Notes under the pieces: generated by a model
Seen by the model: only the letters and a program-made list of their open reading frames with translations
The model's database searches: none
Told to the model about the DNA's origin: nothing
In this document: one piece after another, positions 12,889 to 22,897 of the stretch
Numbering within the stretch: position 1 is the stretch's first letter
Layout: every line of letters starts with the position of its first letter
Virus record (IMG/VR): IMGVR_UViG_3300044632_001319
Source of the DNA: a virus
Reading direction: 5' to 3' (one strand)
DNA: 64,000 bases
Position numbers and translations under genes: made by a program

Positions 12889-15800
12889 TAATTCCAAGCT
12901 TCAAGGCTGGTATCTTAACTTTCATCAGGAAAATTGTTGCTGCTATTCCAACAAATGGAAAATTGTTTATTTGGGGAAACAATAATGCTGGTCAAGTGGG
13001 AAATTCTACAACTGGGGTTGTGCCTGCTCAAAATGTTTCTTCTCCTGTCCAAGTTGGAACTGCCACAGATTGGAATGTGGTTTCTTTTGGTAACGGTCAT
13101 ATTTTAGCAACAAAAACAGGAGGTAGTCTCTGGTCTTGGGGTTATGGAGGCTTCGGTCAATTGGGTTCTGGTACTACTACCAGCCTTTCATCTCCTGTCC
13201 AAGTTGGATCAGGTACGGATTGGGCAAGCGTTTCTGCTGGTGGAAGAGCATCATTTGCAATAAAAACCAATGGAACTCTTTGGGCGTGGGGTAGAAATAC
13301 CTATGGTCAATTGGGTCTTGGCAATACTACCAGCCGTTCATCTCCTGTCCAAGTTGGAACAGGTACGGATTGGGCAAGCGTTTTTGTTGGAGAATATCAT
13401 ACAATTGCTTTAAAAACTACTGGAACTCTTTGGGGATGGGGTAGAAATAATGCTGGTCAATTGGGTCTTGGTGATACCACCAACCGATCATCTCCTGTCC
13501 AAGTTGGAACAGATACGAATTGGAGTAAAGTTTCATCTGGAAGACAACATACACTTGCTGTAAAATCAAATGGAACTCTTTGGGCATGGGGAAATAATGG
13601 TTATGGTCGTCTTGGACTCCGTGATACTAACAACCGATCATCTCCTGTCCAAGTTGGAACAGATACGAATTGGTCGATTGTAGATGCAGGATACACTCAC
13701 AGCCACGCAATAAGAACCACTGGAACTCTTTGGAGTTTTGGTGCTAATGTGCTAAGAGGTGAACTTGGAGTTGGAGATCAAGTAAATAGATCATCTCCTG
13801 TTCAAGTGGGAGCGAACACCGATTGGATAAATGTTGGTGCTGGAAGGAATGCATCAATAGCAAGAAGATCAAATAAAACTCTTTGGGCATGGGGTTCAAG
13901 TGCATATGGTCTGTTGGTGTTTGAAAATGGAAGAGCATACAATTTACGCATAAGCAAACCAACACTAATATCAAATGATACATGGTCTTCTTTTACAGCA
14001 AAACGAGATCATACTTTTGGAATTAAGACTACAGGAACTCTTTGGGCATGGGGAAAGAACTTTAGTGGGGTATTGGGAACTGGAAATGAAGTAAATCAGT
14101 CTTCTCCTGTCCAAATAGGCTCTGGTACGGATTGGTCTTCTATTGGTTCTGCTGCAACAACAGACAGATTCACTGTTGCAATAAAAACTAATGGTTCTCT
14201 TTGGACTTGGGGATTAGGTACATATGGAAGACTTGGTTCAGGTAACAATAATAGTAGATCATCTCCTGTTCAAGTGGGAACAGATACGAATTGGGCAAGC
14301 ACTTCTTCTAGTCCATATCATACACTTGCTGTAAAAACAAATGGAACTCTATGGGCATGGGGAAGAGGTGCACATGGACAATTAGGGAATGATAGTTTTG
14401 TTACAAGGTCATCACCAGTACAGATAGGAAGTGATAGCAATTGGGCAAGCGTTTCTGCTGGTGGTCTAGCAACTAATGATGCTCAATCATTTGCAGTAAA
14501 AACCACTGGAACTCTTTGGGCATGGGGGAATAATAATTATGGAAAACTTGGTTTAGGAACGCTTGCCCGTGATCGTACTAGTTCTCCTGTCCAAGTGGGA
14601 ACAGATACGAATTGGTCTTTGGTAGGAGGAAATGCGGGATTTGGAGGCTCAACAATAGCAGTGAAAACTACTGGAACACTTTGGGTTTGGGGAAGAAATA
14701 ATAGTTATCATTTAGGTCTTATCTATAGTTATGTATCACGGTTCTCTCCTACTCAACAGGGAACAGACAGTAATTGGGCTACGGCTTCAATGGGATATCT
14801 TGTTGCATCTGCAATAAGAACCACTGGAACTCTTTGGACATGGGGTAGTGGATCATATGGTTCTTTGGGAAATGGCACTGCTGTCACAGTATCATCTCCT
14901 GTTCAAGTGGGAACACAAACCGATTGGTCGAAAGTATCTGCTGCAAACAGAAATTGTGCGGCAATAAAAACCACTGGAACTCTTTGGACATGGGGTAGAA
15001 ATACCTATGGTCAATTGGGTCTTGGCAATACTACCAGCCGTTCATCTCCTGTCCAAGTTGGAACAGGTACTGATTGGGCTAGTGTATCTTGCGGCATTAG
15101 TAGTCATGTTTGTGCAGTTAAGACTGGAGGAACCCTGTGGGCATGGGGTAGAAATAATTTTGGTCAATTGGGTCTTGGTGATACCACCAACCGATCATCT
15201 CCTGTTCAAGTGGGAACAGGTACGGATTGGGCTAGTGTTAACTGTAACTATGCCAGTACATTGGCAATAAAAACCAATGGAACTCTTTGGGCATGGGGAC
15301 TAAATGCTCAATACCAATTGGGTCTTGGTAATACCACCAACCGATCATCTCCTGTTCAAGTGGGAACAGATACTAATTGGAGTAAAGTTTCCTCTGCAAG
15401 ATTCCATACAATTGGGTTAAAAACCACAGGAACCCTGTGGGCATGGGGAAGAAATACTGGCGGTGAATTGGGTCTTGGTAATGTTAGTAACCGATCTGCA
15501 CCAACGCAAATTGGATCTAAAACAGACTGGAGCAATATTGGTGTTGGAACTAGTGCATCTTTTGGAATAAACACTTCAGGAAAACTTTATGCTTTTGGTT
15601 TGAATTCTGGTTACGGAAGATTAGGAATACAAACTTTTAATTATTACAATTCACCCAAACAAGTAGGAACTGCTACAGATTGGTCAAGTGTATCAACTGC
15701 TGGAAATTCCACGATGGCTAGGAAAACCACTGGAACCCTGTGGGGGTGGGGTAGGAATAATAATGGTCAATTGGGTCTTGGTGATGCCACCACTCGATCA

Positions 15801-16190
15801 TCTCCTGTTCAAGTGGGAACAGGTACTGATTGGAGTAAAGTTTCAATCGGAAGATATGACACAAAAGCAATTAAAACTGGTGGAACTCTTTGGGCATGGG
15901 GATTTAATTCATACGGTGGATTGGGTACTAGTGATACCACCAACCGATCATCTCCTGTTCAAGTGGGAAGTGCTACGAATTGGAACGACATAAGTAGTGC
16001 GTATAATCACAACATGGCAAAAAATACATCTAATTTGTTGTATGGTATGGGAAGAAACGGATTTTCCGAAATTATTAGATTTACAAACCATGTATCTTCT
16101 CCTGTCCAAGTTGGCACATCTTCAAATTGGAGCACCGTGGTTATTTCTAGAGGTGCGGGAGATAATTGTGCTGCAATAGAAACTACATAG
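12885..16190 (+). CDS. RCC1/BLIP-II repeat beta-propeller protein (21 repeats)
   Basis: 21 copies of GTLWxWGxNxxGQLGLGxxxxRSSPVQVG..TDW..VS.G..H. Confidence 0.9.
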   Translation: MIIPSFKAGILTFIRKIVAAIPTNGKLFIWGNNNAGQVGNSTTGVVPAQNVSSPVQVGTATDWNVVSFGNGHILATKTGGSLWSWGYGGFGQLGSGTTTSLSSPVQVGSGTDWASVSAGGRASFAIKTNGTLWAWGRNTYGQLGLGNTTSRSSPVQVGTGTDWASVFVGEYHTIALKTTGTLWGWGRNNAGQLGLGDTTNRSSPVQVGTDTNWSKVSSGRQHTLAVKSNGTLWAWGNNGYGRLGLRDTNNRSSPVQVGTDTNWSIVDAGYTHSHAIRTTGTLWSFGANVLRGELGVGDQVNRSSPVQVGANTDWINVGAGRNASIARRSNKTLWAWGSSAYGLLVFENGRAYNLRISKPTLISNDTWSSFTAKRDHTFGIKTTGTLWAWGKNFSGVLGTGNEVNQSSPVQIGSGTDWSSIGSAATTDRFTVAIKTNGSLWTWGLGTYGRLGSGNNNSRSSPVQVGTDTNWASTSSSPYHTLAVKTNGTLWAWGRGAHGQLGNDSFVTRSSPVQIGSDSNWASVSAGGLATNDAQSFAVKTTGTLWAWGNNNYGKLGLGTLARDRTSSPVQVGTDTNWSLVGGNAGFGGSTIAVKTTGTLWVWGRNNSYHLGLIYSYVSRFSPTQQGTDSNWATASMGYLVASAIRTTGTLWTWGSGSYGSLGNGTAVTVSSPVQVGTQTDWSKVSAANRNCAAIKTTGTLWTWGRNTYGQLGLGNTTSRSSPVQVGTGTDWASVSCGISSHVCAVKTGGTLWAWGRNNFGQLGLGDTTNRSSPVQVGTGTDWASVNCNYASTLAIKTNGTLWAWGLNAQYQLGLGNTTNRSSPVQVGTDTNWSKVSSARFHTIGLKTTGTLWAWGRNTGGELGLGNVSNRSAPTQIGSKTDWSNIGVGTSASFGINTSGKLYAFGLNSGYGRLGIQTFNYYNSPKQVGTATDWSSVSTAGNSTMARKTTGTLWGWGRNNNGQLGLGDATTRSSPVQVGTGTDWSKVSIGRYDTKAIKTGGTLWAWGFNSYGGLGTSDTTNRSSPVQVGSATNWNDISSAYNHNMAKNTSNLLYGMGRNGFSEIIRFTNHVSSPVQVGTSSNWSTVVISRGAGDNCAAIETT
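13287..13366 (+). repeat. 80-bp exact direct repeat (second copy 14991-15070) within the RCC1 gene
   Basis: TGGGGTAGAAATACCTATGG...GTTGGAACAGGTAC is identical at both positions. Confidence 0.85.
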
Positions 16191-16214
16191 TTATATGACA
16201 AGGAGTTTTATATT

Positions 16215-18005
16215 ATGATTTATTTTCTCAGTGGTCTTCCCCGTAGTGGTTCAACCGTTCTCTCTTCCCTTCTTAATCAGCACCCTCAAGTCCATTCAAC
16301 ACCAACAAGCGGTCTTATAGACATTCTTGGCTCTGTATGCACAACATGGGAAAGTTCACCAACCACTGTTGCACAGGGTGGAGAGAAGGAAGAAGCCTAT
16401 CGTATGCTTCGATCCGTCATTGATGCAAAGTATAAGGATGTGAAGAAATCAGTAATCATTGACAAGAGCAGGGGATGGGTGAATCCACAGATAATGGAAA
16501 CAATGACAAAGGTTCTTGGTCATCATCCAAAGATTATAGCAACCGTTCGATCTACTGCCGACTGTGCTGCATCATTTGTAAGAGTTGCAAAACCAAACGA
16601 TGTTTCAGAGTTTCTTCGCTCTTCGCAATTGATTCAACATCTCAAATCATCATATGCTGAACTGAAAAATGGATATGACTCTGCGCCAAATAATATATTA
16701 TTCATTGACTATGATGATCTTATTCAGTCTCCACAGGAACAACTGAATCTAATTCATAAGTTTCTTGGACTTGATCCATTTGAATATGATTTTGGAAATA
16801 TCGACACAAAGGTTGTGGCAGAAAAAGATGATGCAGCATGGGGAATTCCAAATCTTCATACGATATCACCACGATTAGGATATCAACATAATCAAGATTC
16901 AAGAAAAATTCTAGCACAGCACTTCGACAGTTACGACCAACCAAAATTCTGGAAGGGAGAGGTTCGTGACTATAAGAAAAAAAAGATCGACCACTCCGTT
17001 GCACTTTCGATGAAAGGTGAGTTTGGGGAGTCATATAAACTTCTTTGTGAAGCACAGAAGGAGAATCCTCTATGTAACAAGATTGCCTTCAACATGGGTT
17101 GGTATGCCTTGCGTCAGGGAAGATTACAAGAGGGAATGGAGGGTTTGGCTAGGGGTCGATATGAGAACTGTTTTGGCAATCCAAGACCACCAGTACCAAC
17201 ACCAATGTGGGATGGGAAGAGTATGGGAACAATCCTATATTACCTTGAAGGTGGAATAGGAGATCAGATTCATGCTTTAAAATACATCAAAGACATGAAT
17301 AGACGAGGATGTGATATTATTGTTGCTTGTTCTGCTGAATTGTTTCCGATTGTTAAATGCTGCATAGGTGTAAAGATGATTATAGAACACTCCGCTGCTG
17401 GTGGTGTATACCATGATTTTTGGGTTCCAGCCATGTCAGTTCTCATACCGTTGGGTTATGAATATAAAGATATTAATGGTTCTCCTTATATTCCAAAAAC
17501 AAATAGCCCAAAGAACAAGCGACCCGTGATAGGAGTTCGTTGGCAGGGAAATCCAAAGTTCGAACATGAGCAAAATCGTAGATTTCCACTGAAGTCTTTC
17601 TTTGATGCTCTAAAGAATATTGATGCTGATTTTATTTGTTTACAAAGAGATGCTGGAGAGGAAGATTGTCCAGAATTCATCAAGAAAGTTCCCCTAAATA
17701 ATTGGGAACAAACACGAGATGCTATATCTGGCTGCGATCTTGTGATATCATCATGCACCAGTGTTGCACATCTTGCAGGAGCAATGGGAGTTCCAACATG
17801 GATAATTGTTCCTGTCTTGAACTATTACATATGGTCTGTGCCTGGTGACAAATCACCTTACTATGATTCAGTAAAGTTGTTCAGGCAAAAAAAGTTTGGA
17901 TGTTGGAAGCATCCTATATCGGAGTTGAAGAAAAATTTAGAGGGTCAGTTTGGAATTGTAAAGAAATCAAAATGGAGTAAACTATGCCAAAGCATATTAG
18001 GGTAG
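16215..18005 (+). CDS. Sulfotransferase + TPR + GT9-like fusion protein
   Basis: SGLPRSGST PAPS-binding loop, IIDKSRGW; later EGGIGDQI, IGVRWQGN, DLVISSCTSVAHLAGAMGVP. Confidence 0.8.
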   Translation: MIYFLSGLPRSGSTVLSSLLNQHPQVHSTPTSGLIDILGSVCTTWESSPTTVAQGGEKEEAYRMLRSVIDAKYKDVKKSVIIDKSRGWVNPQIMETMTKVLGHHPKIIATVRSTADCAASFVRVAKPNDVSEFLRSSQLIQHLKSSYAELKNGYDSAPNNILFIDYDDLIQSPQEQLNLIHKFLGLDPFEYDFGNIDTKVVAEKDDAAWGIPNLHTISPRLGYQHNQDSRKILAQHFDSYDQPKFWKGEVRDYKKKKIDHSVALSMKGEFGESYKLLCEAQKENPLCNKIAFNMGWYALRQGRLQEGMEGLARGRYENCFGNPRPPVPTPMWDGKSMGTILYYLEGGIGDQIHALKYIKDMNRRGCDIIVACSAELFPIVKCCIGVKMIIEHSAAGGVYHDFWVPAMSVLIPLGYEYKDINGSPYIPKTNSPKNKRPVIGVRWQGNPKFEHEQNRRFPLKSFFDALKNIDADFICLQRDAGEEDCPEFIKKVPLNNWEQTRDAISGCDLVISSCTSVAHLAGAMGVPTWIIVPVLNYYIWSVPGDKSPYYDSVKLFRQKKFGCWKHPISELKKNLEGQFGIVKKSKWSKLCQSILG

Positions 18006-18391
18006 AAAACGATGAAGTAGTGGAATGTCTTGATTATCTTCCAGAGAATGCAACTGGTGATTGGAGAGATGCTATAGAAATTGAGCCTACTCTTATTGCT
18101 GGAAGGCAAATAACAGGAGCACATTCCTTTGATCTTACAAAAACTCCTGTTGAAATTGTATGGTCTGTTATAGATTTGACAATTGAAGATCGCAAATCTA
18201 TGTTGCTACAACAATTGAATTCAGACTCCTATGAAATAGTACATGATGAATTAATAAAGGAGTTTCAAGGTGAGAGTTCTGACTTCGCTCTTGTGCAGGG
18301 AGCAATCTCGGCATATAGAAGCAAAAGAACAGAAATTGAAAATCTCACAACTCACGAAGAGATAGATGCTTTTATTTCAACAAACGGATAA
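17984..18391 (+). CDS. Hypothetical protein (fibre-assembly-like)
   Basis: Acidic 135-aa ORF with RBS GGAG; context only. Confidence 0.45.
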   Translation: MPKHIRVENDEVVECLDYLPENATGDWRDAIEIEPTLIAGRQITGAHSFDLTKTPVEIVWSVIDLTIEDRKSMLLQQLNSDSYEIVHDELIKEFQGESSDFALVQGAISAYRSKRTEIENLTTHEEIDAFISTNG

Positions 18392-18394
18392 AAT

Positions 18395-19774
18395 ATGAGA
18401 ATCGTGTTTTCAATTATTCATAATGGACTTCATCATCTTCATCACAACACACAATACGAAAATATACTTAAATCATGCGACAAATGGATAGTTGTCGAAG
18501 GTGCATCACGCTCAAACGGCAGTACCAAATGGTGTAACGAGTTTCCAGATGATCTTCACCTCAATGGAGGAAGTATTGATGGAACACGGGAGTTTCTTCA
18601 ATTTCTATCCAAAGAAACGGATAAGTTGATCTATATTCCTTCGAATGGATTTTGGCAATCTAAAGATCATCAAGTCAACAGAGCCATAGAAGAAGTTAAG
18701 AAAATCACAAATCGTTGCTGGCTATGGGAAATCGATATAGACGAGCAATGGGAATTAGAACAAATGGACGCTGCTGAAAAAGAGTTGTTTGACAGCGGTT
18801 CGAAGGCAGGATGTTTCCGCGCTCAATGCTTTATTGGAAGGAATCTTCGTGCGATAGGAGATTGGGGGGAGGCATATACCAGTGGGTATATTCGTTTATG
18901 GAAGTGGGAAGGTGAGAAGTTTATCTGCCACGAACCACCGATCATAGAGGGGCAGATGGGCATAGAGCCAAGGATGCTCTCTCAGGTATTCCGACACTAC
19001 AATTACTACTTTGATAAAGATGTAATATTCAAGGATAAGTGGTATGGTGGTCACGAAAAAATTTACGAAAGATGGAAACTTATCAATTCACTTGATAAAA
19101 GATTCTTTCCAATGCACATATCAAATCTGATATCTGGTCCGTGGGGAAGATCTAATAGTTCCATCATTTATGTTGAACCACCACATCCTAAAAAACTAGT
19201 ACAAATTGGAGCAAACAAGGGTTATGATCATGTTTTTGAAAAAGTAAAGAATCGAAAATATGAATGCTTGTTAGTGGAACCAAATCCATATTCGCTCGAA
19301 CATCTGCGGGAATGCTACGCTGATTTTGATAACTGTCATTTTGACGAATGTGCAATAACCACATACGATGGTAAAATAGAAATGCATTTTAACGATATCG
19401 ACTCTGGGGATTCATCACATAGCTCAATTTTGCTAGATCATGTTGTTAAGCATAATAACAAACTATCCAATATAACAAGTCAGAATGTTTCGTGCATGAA
19501 GCTAGAGACGTTGCTGGAAAAGTATGGATGGCACACCAGCGAGATTGATTGGCTGTATATTGACGCAGAAGGTCATGATTGTGATATAATACTTTCAGTT
19601 GATTTCAGTAAGTTAAATATAAAGAACATATTCTTTGAGACGGTTCATTCTGACGGTGTTTTTACTCAGGGTAATAAACTTCAGAAGACAATCAAATACC
19701 TAAACTCATTTAATTATCTAATGAACTTTAAGCATATTACAGACAATTCGAATCTTGCTTTTACTAGACTATGA
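18395..19774 (+). CDS. Glycosyltransferase-like + FkbM methyltransferase fusion
   Basis: IVVEGA...SIDGT...WEIDIDE GT-A-like region; VQIGANKG, LVEPNP, IDWLYIDAEGHD FkbM region. Confidence 0.7.
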   Translation: MRIVFSIIHNGLHHLHHNTQYENILKSCDKWIVVEGASRSNGSTKWCNEFPDDLHLNGGSIDGTREFLQFLSKETDKLIYIPSNGFWQSKDHQVNRAIEEVKKITNRCWLWEIDIDEQWELEQMDAAEKELFDSGSKAGCFRAQCFIGRNLRAIGDWGEAYTSGYIRLWKWEGEKFICHEPPIIEGQMGIEPRMLSQVFRHYNYYFDKDVIFKDKWYGGHEKIYERWKLINSLDKRFFPMHISNLISGPWGRSNSSIIYVEPPHPKKLVQIGANKGYDHVFEKVKNRKYECLLVEPNPYSLEHLRECYADFDNCHFDECAITTYDGKIEMHFNDIDSGDSSHSSILLDHVVKHNNKLSNITSQNVSCMKLETLLEKYGWHTSEIDWLYIDAEGHDCDIILSVDFSKLNIKNIFFETVHSDGVFTQGNKLQKTIKYLNSFNYLMNFKHITDNSNLAFTRL

Positions 19775-20505
19775 AAGACATTCTTGTTATTGGTGATGCT
19801 TGTCGTGATATATTCGTATATTGCGACTCAAACAGATTGTGTCCAGATGTACCCGTTCCAGTATTGAATGTCCTGGACTCAACGGAAAATCCTGGTATGG
19901 CAAAAAATGTGCAGAGGAATATTATTTCTCTAGGATATTCGTGTGATGCTATTGTGAATAAGAATTGGTACAATGTCACCAAGACAAGATACGTTCACAA
20001 GAAAAGCAATCATACTTTTTTTCGAGTTGATTCGGTGGAAGGCAAAGAGTCCATTAACATAAAGGAATTATCATACTCCTATAAAATCATCGTGATATCT
20101 GATTATGACAAGGGATTCATCTCTGAATATGATATTGAAACCATCTGTGCAAATCACGATACGGTGTTTTTAGATACCAAGAAAAAACTTGGATCCTGGG
20201 CAAATAATGCAAAGTATATAAAGATCAACGACACGGAGTTTAGAAATTCATATGATGCAATCACACCTACCATGAAGAATAAGATAATTCATACTTTGGG
20301 TAGCAATGGATGTGAATATAGAGATAAACATTATCCAGTGAATAAAGTAGATGTCCAGGATGTTTCTGGTGCTGGTGATACTTTTTTAGCAGGATTAGTT
20401 GTTGAATATTTCAAAACAAGTGATATAGTATCATCCATTGAATTTGCAAACAAGTGTGCATCCAATGTTGTCAAGTATCGTGGAGTATCGGTCCCACAAT
20501 TATGA
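19771..20505 (+). CDS. hldA: D-glycero-D-manno-heptose-7-phosphate kinase (RfaE domain I, PfkB family)
   Basis: ILVIGD...RLCPDVPVPV, ISDYDKG, DVSGAGDTF. Confidence 0.85.
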   Translation: MKDILVIGDACRDIFVYCDSNRLCPDVPVPVLNVLDSTENPGMAKNVQRNIISLGYSCDAIVNKNWYNVTKTRYVHKKSNHTFFRVDSVEGKESINIKELSYSYKIIVISDYDKGFISEYDIETICANHDTVFLDTKKKLGSWANNAKYIKINDTEFRNSYDAITPTMKNKIIHTLGSNGCEYRDKHYPVNKVDVQDVSGAGDTFLAGLVVEYFKTSDIVSSIEFANKCASNVVKYRGVSVPQL

Positions 20506-20900
20506 AGACTGTTTTCACTAATGGTGTTTTTGATATAATTCATAGGGGTCATGTGGAACTTCTTGAGTTTTGCAAGACACAAGGAGACTATCTTATCGTT
20601 GCTATAGATTCCGATGAAAGAGTCAAGAAGACAAAAGGAATGAGTAGACCAATCAACACTGTCGAGGATAGGAAGAAGATACTACAATCCATAAGATTTG
20701 TAGACGAAGTGGTAGTATTCAACACACACGAAGAATTGAAAGAGTTTCATGCTTTATTGAAACCCGATGTTGTGGTGAAAGGTTCAGATTGGAATTTAGA
20801 TTTCATACGTCAGACTGATGCAATATGTGATAATTCTAAATTAATTTTATTTAATAGACTTGAAAACTATTCATCTACTAGTATAATAGAAAGATTATGA
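20502..20900 (+). CDS. hldC: Heptose-1-phosphate adenylyltransferase (RfaE domain II)
   Basis: VFTNGVFDIIHRGH, KG..RPIN, VVKGSDW, SSTSII; ATG at 20502 overlaps the upstream stop. Confidence 0.85.
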   Translation: MKTVFTNGVFDIIHRGHVELLEFCKTQGDYLIVAIDSDERVKKTKGMSRPINTVEDRKKILQSIRFVDEVVVFNTHEELKEFHALLKPDVVVKGSDWNLDFIRQTDAICDNSKLILFNRLENYSSTSIIERL

Positions 20901-21763
20901 TATTAGTAACTGGTTCTTCTGGGTTTATAGGAAGCAGAATGCTTCTTTATCTCAATTCTATTGGAATTGAAGATATTATCCTATGTGATTTTCAAGAAAA
21001 TTCTTATCGTTACAACAATAAAGCAAAATATTTCAAGTCTTATGATGTGCTTGATGATGACTTGTTCAATCAGGAAATCACATCAGTTTTTCATTTTGGA
21101 GCAATATCAGATACGCTAGAAACCAACATCGATGTAATACAAAAATATAATATCGATTTTACCAAAAAGTTATCTAATTTTTGCCGAACAAAGAAACTTC
21201 CATTGTTTTTTGCATCTACTGCTGCAATATATGGAAATGGATCTGGTCCATTGAATCTCTATGCCATGTCCAAGTTAGTGTCAGAAAAAGACATCTCCGA
21301 TCATGGTGTTTGTTTTCGGTTGTTCAATGTCTATGGTCCGAATGAATATCATAAAAGAGATATGGCATCTGTGATGTTCAAATGGTTCAACCAATTGAAG
21401 GATGGTGAAAGACTCCATATCTTCGCGAACTCTCACACATACAATAGAGATTTTATCTACGTCGATGATGTTTGTCGAGTATTTTTCAATGCATATAAGA
21501 ATCCAATTCCTGGGGTGTATGACTTGGGATCTGGAATTCAATCGTCGTTTGATGACGTAGCAGATAAATGCATTGCTGCATTTGGTGCAGGGTCCAAGAT
21601 TGAAATTGCAATGCCAGAAAAGTTGAAGAAGCAATATCAGACAAATACAATTGCTGATATCGGCAAGGCAATGGATAATGGATGGATAGATACTACTGAG
21701 ACATTGGTTAGTGGAATAAATATTTATTATGAGAAACTAAAAAATGAAACCAAAAATAGTTGA
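20897..21763 (+). CDS. hldD: ADP-L-glycero-D-manno-heptose 6-epimerase
   Basis: ILVTGSSGFIG, PLNLYAMSK, FNVYGPNEYHK.DMAS, RDFIYVDD, YQ.NT.AD. Confidence 0.85.
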   Translation: MILVTGSSGFIGSRMLLYLNSIGIEDIILCDFQENSYRYNNKAKYFKSYDVLDDDLFNQEITSVFHFGAISDTLETNIDVIQKYNIDFTKKLSNFCRTKKLPLFFASTAAIYGNGSGPLNLYAMSKLVSEKDISDHGVCFRLFNVYGPNEYHKRDMASVMFKWFNQLKDGERLHIFANSHTYNRDFIYVDDVCRVFFNAYKNPIPGVYDLGSGIQSSFDDVADKCIAAFGAGSKIEIAMPEKLKKQYQTNTIADIGKAMDNGWIDTTETLVSGINIYYEKLKNETKNS

Positions 21764-22091
21764 AAAGACATGGGGTCGTGAAATTGTATTCGCAAATAAC
21801 CCAAAGTATTGTGGTAAATTGCTGGTGTTTGATTGTGGGAAACATTCGAGTCTTCATTATCATCTGATGAAAGATGAAAGCTGGTATATCCAAAGTGGCA
21901 AAATCGAATTGCATTGGATTGAACCAGTAAACGCAACTAAACACATTGAGGTGCTTGGTGCTGGAGAAGTGATTCATCTCGCTCCAGGATATCCACACCA
22001 AGTACATGCTCTAGAGGATACGATAATTTTTGAAGTTTCTACGCAACATTTTGATGCAGACACATATAGAATAGAACCATCATCCAAATGA
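21744..22091 (+). CDS. Cupin (sugar-phosphate isomerase-like)
   Basis: VEKTWGRE, YCGKLL, SLHYH..KDESWY, EVST.HFD.DTYR. Confidence 0.75.
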   Translation: MKPKIVEKTWGREIVFANNPKYCGKLLVFDCGKHSSLHYHLMKDESWYIQSGKIELHWIEPVNATKHIEVLGAGEVIHLAPGYPHQVHALEDTIIFEVSTQHFDADTYRIEPSSK

Positions 22092-22897
22092 GATATGCAA
22101 TAGATATAGATAATACGCTTGTAAAAACCAACGGATCTGATTACAGTAACTCAGTTCCGATTCAAAGTATGATCGATCGTGTAAATAGATTATATGATGA
22201 TGGAAACACAGTTTATCTTTTTACTGCGCGCGGATCTGCTTCTGGTAAAGATCATTCGCAACTTACACATGATCAGATGAAAAGATTCGGAGTAAAGTAC
22301 GATAAGATAATATTTGGAAAACCAGATGTCGATCTTTTTATAGACGATAAGGCATTATCAGTAAAGGAATGGAATCGTAAAATGATTTTAAAAATATACA
22401 AAATTTATCCAGATGTGCCAGATGTAAAATACGGAACAAAGAATTCCGCGTGTTTCGACATCGCAGCACATTTTCATTATCAGCATTCGTTCAAGACATT
22501 TTCCAAAGATAATAAAGAAATAATAGTTCTTGGTTCTCAAGACGAAAATGGTCGAGGATATATTGACGTACCATCTGAGTGGAGAATACTTGTTCCGACT
22601 GGAATAATTCTCGACATTCCAGAACAGCATTGTGTAAAGATCTATCCTCGCTCTGGTCTTTCCACAAAGAAAGGATTGAATCTCATTAATTGTGTTGGTA
22701 TAATCGACTCAGATTATGTCGAACAACTGATGATTCCAGTCTATAATAATTCTCAAGAACGTCTACGAATTTATTCTGGTGATCGCATAGCACAAGGTGA
22801 ATTGGTTTACCAACCCCAGGCAGATCTTTCATACATAAATGAAAGACCATCTCGTAAAAGTGATCGTGATGGCGGGTTTGGATCTACAGGTGTATAA
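22088..22897 (+). CDS. dut: HAD phosphatase fused to trimeric dUTPase
   Basis: N-terminal IDIDNT, FTARG, GKP..D.FIDDK; C-terminal SACFDI, LVPTG, PRSGL, GIIDSDY, GDRIAQ, RDGGFGSTG. Confidence 0.85.
   Translation: MRYAIDIDNTLVKTNGSDYSNSVPIQSMIDRVNRLYDDGNTVYLFTARGSASGKDHSQLTHDQMKRFGVKYDKIIFGKPDVDLFIDDKALSVKEWNRKMILKIYKIYPDVPDVKYGTKNSACFDIAAHFHYQHSFKTFSKDNKEIIVLGSQDENGRGYIDVPSEWRILVPTGIILDIPEQHCVKIYPRSGLSTKKGLNLINCVGIIDSDYVEQLMIPVYNNSQERLRIYSGDRIAQGELVYQPQADLSYINERPSRKSDRDGGFGSTGV

Noticed and set aside
12885-16190. Diversity-generating retroelement TR/VR pair among the RCC1 repeats
   Set aside because: No reverse transcriptase in the window; repeats are all in-frame coding units and the differences I compared are not adenine-specific
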